A stretch of 64,000 nt of DNA from Eledone cirrhosa (lineage: Eukaryota): assembly GCA_964016885.1 (NCBI GenBank), contig OZ024759.1, forward strand, positions 36,518,001 through 36,582,000, written 5' to 3'. The position numbers were made by a program, and so were the translations under genes. Below the pieces are notes generated by a model. The model ran no database searches. It was not told the DNA's origin and saw only the letters and a list, made by a program, of their open reading frames with translations. Positions 11,347 to 21,519 of this stretch are shown in pieces (position 1 is the first letter of the stretch; each line of letters begins with the position of its first letter).

Positions 11347-12885
11347 GATGTCTCCCAAAGTTGTATACACACTTCAACAGCATTCTAATAAATATTGCTT
11401 GTACAGGTAATTAAAGTGGGTATACATTTTTGGGGACACTGTTTTCTGTATCTATCCTTTCTGTACTCCTGAAGAAGGGCTAAAGCCAGACATTGTACTT
11501 TCTTTCCCCCTTTTCCATATAAAGCGTGAAACTAATAAGATTTTCTGTAGCTCTGTTTGTTATTTCCTTAAACTATATATATATATATAAAGGATGGTGT
11601 GGTAAGATACCAGGTGGACCAAAACACACCAGAGTACTCAATACTTAGGGTAGTAGAGTGGGTAATAGGAAAAGAGTCAGGACTCCGACGACCTAGCTGT
11701 TTCGACAGCTAGATCCGAACTAAGCCACCAGTATTAGAACGGCAGGAATCTAACTGAACTTATCAAGGAGTACAGTCCATATTTGGGCATGCAGTCTGAT
11801 TTGGAATGTTATGTACATATTTTATTACCTTCCAGATCACTGATCACTCCCTGTGACAGACAAGAAAAACAACAAACTTTTAAGATTTTTTGCTTACATT
11901 TTTTTTGCTTTGACCACATGCCCATATATGGACTGTACCCGTTGATAAGTTCAGCTAGATTCCCGCCGCTCTAATATTGGTGGCTTAGTTTGGATCTAGC
12001 TGTCGAAACAGCCGGAGCTCAGCCGTCGGGGTCCTGAATCTTTATGTATGTATATATATATATCAAAAGTATATATTGAGTTAGAAACCCACAATAGTCC
12101 CTTATAATTAAAATAGCTCAAGAAAAAATTTTCCGAGCCTTATAATATAATATAATAAAGAGAGACAAACACAGATATATACACATATATGTGTTGAAAT
12201 CACAATGGATGTAAACCACCATGTATATATATATATATATTATATTTCTTTAAAGATTATGTTTTTTAGATTTTTAAGTGTTTATAATTATCTTAATTGG
12301 CGTATTTATGTTTGTTCTCAGATGATTTTGGATTTGAACACCTTCTGTGGATATATTCTGGGCGTCGAGGGGTCCATTGTTGGGTGTGTGACAGCATGGC
12401 TCGTAAACTCACCTCCAGTGCCAGATCAGCCATTGCTGAATACCTGAGTATTGTCAAGGTTGGTAATTGTTATGTTGTAATGCTTTGTAAAGTGGTAGTG
12501 TTAGAGCCATGATAAATTACACCCAGTACACTCTGTAAAGTAGCAGTGTAAGAGCCATAATAAATTACACCCAGTACACTCTGTAAAGTGGTAGTGTTAG
12601 AGCCATGATAAATGATACCCAGTACACTGTGATATTTCATTGTGCTGTTGAATTAGCTCCCTTGTCTCTGTGTGAGTGGCTTCATGTCCAATATCCAGGT
12701 CATTGGTTGGGTCTTGGAATTCCACATGAATGGCCAGTAAGAAACCCTGTGATTTTTTTCTTGTGGAGGTGGGTGAAGAAAGAAGTTTATGGCTCAAAAC
12801 TGCCTCAATTATAGGAACGTATTTATCATGTATCGACAGAGGGGAAAATACACGTGTATTCAGTCAGCCATCTTGGAGATTTGGG

Positions 12886-12921
<36 letters not shown>

Positions 12922-13851
12922 TTGTATTATATTTCTTTATTTTTAGGGTGGTGAAAACAATGCAAAGAAGGTTGTTCTACAGGAACCAATCCATCCATTT
13001 ATTGAGTGAGTTGAAAATGTTCTATTATCTCTATTATATTCCCTGCTCTCTTATTGGTTTATTTACTATAACAATTTCCACTGTTAGACTCACAGAGACA
13101 TTCATACACACAAATACAGACACACAGGCATAGATACACACACACACATACATGCGTGTGTGCATGGACACTGTATCCTTCAAAACTTCCATGCTTCTCG
13201 AAATTCGACAACACAACCTGATATTCCCCTTCCATACACACACACACGTCACATGTGGTGTGTATCTATGTGTATATCATGACTCATACACTGTTCACTT
13301 CCCTGACATTTGTACATTATTCTATCTACTATACATGCACCTTTGATGAGTTGTAGTGCACCTGAGCACTACACAATAGTTTTCATTATTATTTTAAATG
13401 ATCTAACTATTTCCCATTCTGTTTTGTTATAGGAGATCAGTAGAGATGATTGAAGAGTATTTTGAAGGCTATGCCCTTGTCGATCAAGATATTTTGCGCG
13501 ATGATAATATTGGTGAAATTATCAATTTGATACCAGAAAAAAATATCCTTTGATTTAAAAATTTTTTTCAAAATGTTTTTAATCGTTATTCCACGTCGTC
13601 ATCATTTAATGTCTGTTATTCCACGCTTGCATGGGTTAGATGGATTATCATGTCATGAAGTGGTTGGATGGCCACGTCTTGCTTATATGGATCTGTATTT
13701 TGGTTTGGTTTCTATGGCTGAATGCACTTCCTAATGCCAACCATATCACAGTGTAGACTGAGTACTTTTTATCTTGAGGACACCCTGTGTGTCGTCATCA
13801 TCATCATCATCATCGTTTAACGTCCATATTCCACGCTCGCATGGGTTTGTC

Positions 13852-13882
<31 letters not shown>

Positions 13883-14823
13883 GTCATATACAATGTCAGA
13901 TATATATATACAATGTCACTGGACCGAGATCTTGGGCGCTACACAGTAATATAGAAGACCCGCCTTACCTAAGTACAAAAGTGAAACCTACTACAGTCAG
14001 TAGGCACCTCTAACAAAATACACCCCCACCCCATCCACACCACCCCTTTCAATGTAAAGTTATGTTGGTACCACAACATCCAGTCCGAAACAAATGAGGT
14101 CGTGTAGGTGTCACGACAAAAAAACACACAGTCCACGCTGTAATGTAGCCGTGTAGGTAACACGGTAAAAACCTCCCAGTCCACACTGTAAACGTGGTTG
14201 GTGTTAGGAAGGGCATCCAGCCGTAGAAAACCCGCCAGACAGTCCTATGCGAGCAAGACAACCACTCTTGCCTCAAGTGGGAAAACTCCCGTCCAAACCC
14301 ATGCAAGCGTGGAAGATGGACGTTAAACGATGATGATGATATATATATGAAGGCGCATGGCTTAGTGGTTAGAGCATTGGGCTTGCAATCAAAAGGTTGT
14401 GAGTTCAATTCTCGGACCGGGTGATGTGTTGTTTCCTTGAGCAAGACACTTTATTTCACGTTGCTCCAGTTTACTCAGCTGTAGAAATGAGATGATAGGG
14501 ACTGCGGTCCCTATCATTAAATCACCCAAGACACCTCCAACGATTTTACCTTAATGAGACACATCGCAGTGACAGTCTACAGAAATTCTTGATGTCTACA
14601 AACAACTCCATATCCAGGTGGAATGTCCTCAAAAAGGAACTGGAAAGGCCGGTAAGTAGTAGTAGTGGTGGTGGTGGTGGTAGTAGTGGTGGTGGTAGCA
14701 GCAGTAGTGGTGGTGGTAGTAGCAGTAGTAGTGATGGTGGTAGTAGTAGTAGTGGTGGTGGTAGTAGCAGTAGTAGTGGTGGTGGTAGTAGCAGTAGTAG
14801 TGGTGGTGGTGGTGGTAGTGTCG

Positions 14824-14854
<31 letters not shown>

Positions 14855-15897
14855 CAGTAGTTGTAGTAGTGGTGGTAGTAGCAGTAGTAGTAGTAGTGGT
14901 GATGGTGGTGGTGGTGGTAGTAGTAGTGGTGGTGGTGGTAGTAATAGCAGTAGTAGTAGTGGTAGTAGCAGTAGTAGTAGTGGTGGTGGTGGTGGTAGCA
15001 GTAGTAGTAGTATTAACCCTTTAGCATTTAAACCGGCCATATCCGGCCAGAATTCTTTCTGTTCAAACTGGCTTTAACTGGCCATTCATACTGATGTTAA
15101 GGTATAGTTCTCAAAATAAATGATATGAAAATCTCATAGATTCGATATTATGTGAGGTAAAGCCTTTACTGTGAAAATACAATAGTATATATAGAGTAAT
15201 GTAAATGTTATGTGAGGTAAAGCCTTTACTGTGAAAATACAATAGTATATATAGAGTAATGTAAATGTTATGTGAGGTAAAGCCTTTACTGTGAAAATAC
15301 AATAGTATATATAGAGTAATGTAAATGTTATGTGAGGTAAAGCCTTTACTGTGAAAATACAATAGTATATATAGAGTAATGTAAATGTTATGTGAGGTAA
15401 AGCCTTTACTGTGAAAATACAATAGTATATATAGAGTAATGTAAATGTTATGTGAGGTAAAGCCTTTACTGTGAAAATACAATAGTATATATAGAGTAAT
15501 GTAAATGTTATGTGAGGTAAAGCCTTTACTGTGAAAATACAATAGTATATATAGAGTAATGTAAATGTTATGTGAGGTAAAGCCTTTACTGTGAAAATAC
15601 AATAGTATATATAGAGTAATGTAAATGGTATGTGAGGTAAAGCCTTTACTGTGAAAATACAATAGTATATATAGAGTAATGTAAATGGTAAAGGGTTAAC
15701 AGCAGTGTATTTATAATTATTCAGAATTTCAGTTTCAGAACAAATTTTCTTCACTTCTTTCAGTGGTAGTAGTAGTAGTAGTGGTGGTGGTGGTAGTTGT
15801 AGAAGTAGTAGCAGTAGTAGGAGGAGGAGTAGCTGTAGTACTATTTCTGTATCTACTATCTCTCTTTCTCTCCTCCCCTCTTTTCTCTGTATGTATA

Positions 15898-15929
<32 letters not shown>

Positions 15930-18900
15930 GAAATTATTGTGTACAGTGCTCAGGTGCACTACAACTCATCAAAGGTGCATGTATAGTACATAGAATAATG
16001 TACAAATGTCAGGAAAATAAACAGTGTATGAGTCATGATATAATAACAATAACGAAATATTGTGCACAGTGCCCAGGTGCACCACAACTCATCAAAAAAG
16101 TGCATGTACAGTACATAGGGCAATGTACAAACATCAGTAAAATGAACAGTGCACGAGTCATGATACACACGTGTGCATGTGTATGGAAGGGGTACATCAG
16201 GTGTAGTTTTGGCGTATTTTGGGAAGCATGAGTGTCTTAAAGGATGCAGTGTCTCGGCAGCTAACAATTGACGCAGGCAGTTTGTTCCATGCTTCAGCAA
16301 CTCTGAGCGTGAAAAAATGTCTGCGAAAGTCATGGGAGCTGTGCTGTTTTCTTATCTTGTAGGCATGTCCACGTGTGTTAGACACATGGAGATCAAAGAG
16401 GCGCTCAGGGTTGCAGTTGGCGAGATGGTTAAAAACTTTGTGGGTATTCACCAAGTCCATTGCCAGACGTCGGAGCTTCAATGAATCCATGCCCAGGGAA
16501 GCAAGGCGTTCAGAGTATGGTAGGTGTCTGATGGAGGGTATGCGCTTGGTTGCACGTCTCTGAACAGTTTCCAGGAGGTCAATGTTCCGAGCAAGATAGG
16601 GGTTCCAGACTGATGATGCGAATTCCAAGTGTGGTCGCACCATAGCTGTATACAGTTTTAAATAGATGGCTGGAGAGCGGCTAACAAAGGTCTTGCTGAG
16701 TGATGCCAAGACACCCTCGGCCTTCTTGACAATCTTAGAGACATGCTTTGTCCAACGCAAATCGTTGCTGACAGTAATGCCCAGGTCACGTTCACAAGAG
16801 GACTTTTTGATGTCAGTGTTGTGGAGGGAGTATGTGGACGCTGGATTTTTCCTTCCAAAATGCATGGTGGTACACTTGTCCACAGCCAGCTTCAGTTGCC
16901 AGTCTGTGATCCATTGCTGCATTGTGTCCAGGTCTGATTGTAGGAAAGAGTTGTAAATTTCAGGATCAGTCCTTTTGATTTCAAGGTACAGCTTGATGTC
17001 ATCTGCATATTTTAGTACCGTGGCATTCTGTAAGTTGGCATCTATGTCATTAATATATGCCACAAACAAAAGAGGACCAAGAACAGATCCCTGTGGTACA
17101 CCAGATGACATCTCATATGGTGAAGAATGCTGTCCTAGAACCGTGACTACTTCCTTTCGGCTGAGAATGAAGGATTTCAGCCAGTCGAAAAGATCATCCC
17201 TCACACCCATTGCAGAGAGTTTTGCCATAAGTCTTTTGTGTGGCACAGAATTAAAAGCCTTAGCAAAGTCAAGGTAAACAACATCCACCCATGAGCCGCT
17301 GTCAGTGATCCGGGTGATGTCCTCAAGAAACTCGATAAGCTGATCACAGCAGCTGGAGTTAGGGATAAATCCAAACTGTGAGGGCCGGATGAGGCTGTGA
17401 GAGCTCCAGAAGTTCCAAAGTGTTTCTCTGACACAGGATTCCATCAGTTTGGCCATACAGCTAGTAAGACTGACTGGACGATAGTTGACAGGTGACATGC
17501 GGTTGCCCTTTTTTTTTTTATATATATTTGTGGGCATGTGTTTGTATATCACTTTAGCATTTACATTATTCTATATATATACTATTGTATTTTCATGGTA
17601 AAGGCTTTACCTTACTTAATATCTCACATAATATTGAATCTATGAGATTTTAATATTATTTATTTTGAGAACAATACCCTAACATAAGTATGAGGGGCCA
17701 GTTACAACTGGTTATGACCAGTTTGAACAGAAAGAGGTGAGAGAATTCTGGCCAGATATGGCTGGTTTAAATGCTAGAGGGATATTGTATATATTATATC
17801 TTTATATCTAACTCCATATAATATATATATTGTTTCAGGGTGTCCATGCTGGTCGAGTGTTGAAGGAGATTATGTTACAGTACTGCTACCCACGGCTGGA
17901 TATTAATGTGACTAAAGGGGTCAACCATCTACTAAAGTCACCCTTTAGTGTCCATCCGAAAACAGGTATGTTTCTTCTTTAACCCTTTAACATTTATATT
18001 ACTCTATATATACTATTGTATTTTTGTGGTAAAGGCTTTACCTCGCATAATATCGAATCTATGAGATTTTGATGTTGTTTATTTTGAGAACTATACCTTA
18101 ACATCAGTATGAGTGGCCGGTTACAGCTGGTTTGGACAGAAAGAGGTAAGAGACTTCTGGCCGGATATGGCCTGTTTAAATGCTAAAGGGTTGTACTGTG
18201 AAGTTTGTGGCCTAGTAGTAAGGCTGTTGAGATTCATAATCATTAGGTTGTGGGTTTGATTCTTAGGCTACTGTGTTGTCTTCTGCAAGATCTTTATGGG
18301 ACTAATCAGCCCATGTACACATGTACATAGGTGACAAAACTATGTTTCTGAAGTTAAGGGCCATATATAGATATACAAAATACATTATGTGTATATATAT
18401 ATATATATGTTGTATGGTTGCTAGGATGCGTCCAGAATTTCCTTCGAGGTCACTAGACTTGCGAATCCTGAGTCAGGTTTGATCCACAAACAGATCACAC
18501 CTCGAGCTGTTCGCCTGAGAAACAATTGTAATATGTAATAAATTGTGTTACCGATACATCACTTATTCTTCGTTTTCCATTTTATATATATATATATATA
18601 TGGAACAGCAACATCACAACTTACAATTCAGGACAAAATGAAAACACACACGCATATAGAATAAACAACCAACCAGTAACATGTAAATAAACGAATATAA
18701 ACACACACAGACACCCGGATGTAACACATGCGCAAACTAAGCACACAACACACACATAAAAACAAGATGGCGTAGGACAGAACAAAAAAAAAAAACAGGA
18801 AAGGCACAAAAACAAAGAAAAGAATCCCCACTCACTGAAGAGGTCACAGGATGTGTGACGAAAGAACTTTGACAATATATAAACAATCATCTGGTTGTGG

Positions 18901-20371
18901 AACCAACCAACCAACCGGAAATTTATAAATTCCTAAATTTATAAATTTATTATAATAAATTGAAGTGAAAGCAACTGGTGCGTGTTTTTCTTATTGGCAA
19001 CATGACCCTCCCAAAGTATAACAATATCGGTTTCAACACACGTTTTCAGATAAAGAATCTTGCTAAAAAAATTCAGAAACGAAATATATATATATATATA
19101 TATGTGCTCGGTGTGTAGGAAAGGCGTAGGTAGAAACTCCATTTTATGTCCTAAATGCAAAGTATGGGTGCATAAAAGATGTAGTGGGATCACAGGTAAG
19201 CTAACTAAGAACATAGATTTTACATGTGGCCGGTGCTCTGGTGCAATAAGTAGCAGCAAGTGCCCACAAAATACTAGCTCTTTCAATTGCGCAGAGGGTT
19301 CTATAGAAATAGTGGACAGCTTCCGTTACCTGGGCGATAAAATTAGCAGTGGGGGAGGGTGCTCTGAAAGTACAGTAGCTAGAGTCAGAACTGGTTGGAA
19401 AAAGTTCAGAGAGCTTATACCACTATTAGCTGCTAAAGGGTTCTCCCTAAAAATGAAAGGCAGGTTGTACGATGCCTGCATACGAACAGCAATGTTGCAT
19501 GGCAGTGAGACCTGGGCATTGTGTGCAGAGGATATACGCAGACTAGAGAGGAACGAAGCTTGCATGCTCTGCTGGATGTGTAACAGTAATATACGTGAAC
19601 GGCAAAGCATAAACGAACTAAGGAAAAAATTAGAAATAAGAGGGATCAGATGTTGTTTACTCGAGAGAAGGCTACGTTGGTATGGACACGTGATGCGCAT
19701 GAAAGTCGATAGCTGTATAACAAAGTGCAGGGCAATAAAGATAGACGGTAGCCACGGAATAGGCAGACCTAGAAAAACCTGGGACGAGCTGATAAACTCC
19801 GACCTCACACACTTACACCTCTCCAAGACAATGTCACTGGACCGAGACCTTTGGCGGTACTCAGTAACAGAGAAGACCCTCCTTATCTAAATACATAGTA
19901 AAACCTACTACAGCCAGTAGGCATCTCTAACAAAATACACCCCGTCCCACCTCCACCCCATCCACACCACCCCGTTCTATGTAAAGTTATGTTGGTACCG
20001 CGCCATCCAGGCCGAAACAAATTAGATCGTGTAGGTGTCACGACAAAAAAACACACAGTCCACGCTGTAATGTGGCCGTGTAGGCAACACGGTAAAAACC
20101 TCCCAGTCCCACACTGTAAATGTGGTTGGTGTTAGGAAGGGCATCCAACTGTAGAAAACCTGCCAGACAGTTCTATGCGAGCAAGACAATCACTCTTGCC
20201 TCAAGTGGGACTACCCCCGTCCAAACCCATGCAAGCGTGGAACACGGACGTTAAACGTTGATGATGATATATATATATAGGGCTTTCCTGATGATTTCCT
20301 TCAAATGAAACTGTTCTAGACTTGTAGAAGCCATTACTATATTAAATAAATAAATATATATATATATATAT

Positions 20372-20402
<31 letters not shown>

Positions 20403-20413
20403 CATATATATAC

Positions 20414-20481
<68 letters not shown>

Positions 20482-20487
20482 TTATAT

Positions 20488-20518
<31 letters not shown>

Positions 20519-21443
20519 CAGACATATATATACATACATTATATATGTGTCGAAATACTATGTGGTACTCAAACAATACATCACTCTTTCTCTCTCCATA
20601 TAACTTTTATATTTGAATTAATGCTCTGAACCAAGATCCATTAAGCTTAATTATTGAAAATATGTATTGATATCTTAACACAATATATACATATATATAT
20701 ATATATATAAATACACATACATACATATATGGTGGCTGCCAACTCGTTTTCGAGTACGGCCACTACTTTATATCCATGTAGGAGAACCCCTACTGATGGG
20801 CTGAACGAGTGTGACTTTTTAGTCCAGCCAGCGACTTGAAAACTCTGGTACAAACACTACACTTGTGACAATTATTGACACATAGTGCTGGGCCCATGGT
20901 ACCATGTGATGACAAGTGCAGAGAGATCTCCAGATATAAAGCAATGCCTGTGCCATGAAGCTTTTATAGTGAGCAAAGGCACTGCACAAAGCCAGTCCCA
21001 CTCTCTTAACCAAGATGATATTTACCAAAAAGAAGAACAAGTCAATATACATACATATATATATATACATACATACATACATATATATATACATACATAC
21101 ATATATATATATACATACATACATATATATACATACATACATACACATATATATATATACATACATACATACACATATATATACATATACATACATACAT
21201 ACACATATATATATATATACATACATACATACACATATATATATATACATACATACATACACATATATATATATACATACATACATACACACATATACAT
21301 ATACATACATACATACACACATATATATATACATACATATATATACATATATATATATACATACATATATATACACATATATATATACATACATACATAT
21401 ACACATATATATATACATACATACATATACATACATATATATA

Positions 21444-21477
<34 letters not shown>

Positions 21478-21479
21478 CA

Positions 21480-21519
<40 letters not shown>

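Larger units (their letters stand above)
13543..14562 (+). other. U12-type (minor spliceosome) AT-AC intron, PRIM1 intron 7
   Basis: 5' ATATCCTTT, branch-site-like TTACCTTAAT at 14546-14555 and terminal AC at 14561-14562 restore the reading frame. Confidence 0.88.

Noticed and set aside
11783-11974. Spacer ORF as the end of a Penelope GIY-YIG domain
   Set aside because: Only a vague resemblance ([14 protein letters not shown]); not supportable without a profile search.
14352-14425. tRNA gene (box A/box B)
   Set aside because: It continues into a SINE body found in many copies and I could not fold a convincing cloverleaf. The same applies to the family A heads.
14546-15077. Gly/Ser-rich, poly-Val and Leu/Pro-rich ORFs as stand-alone genes
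   Set aside because: Three frames of one trinucleotide repeat; only 14563-14651 is real PRIM1 coding sequence.
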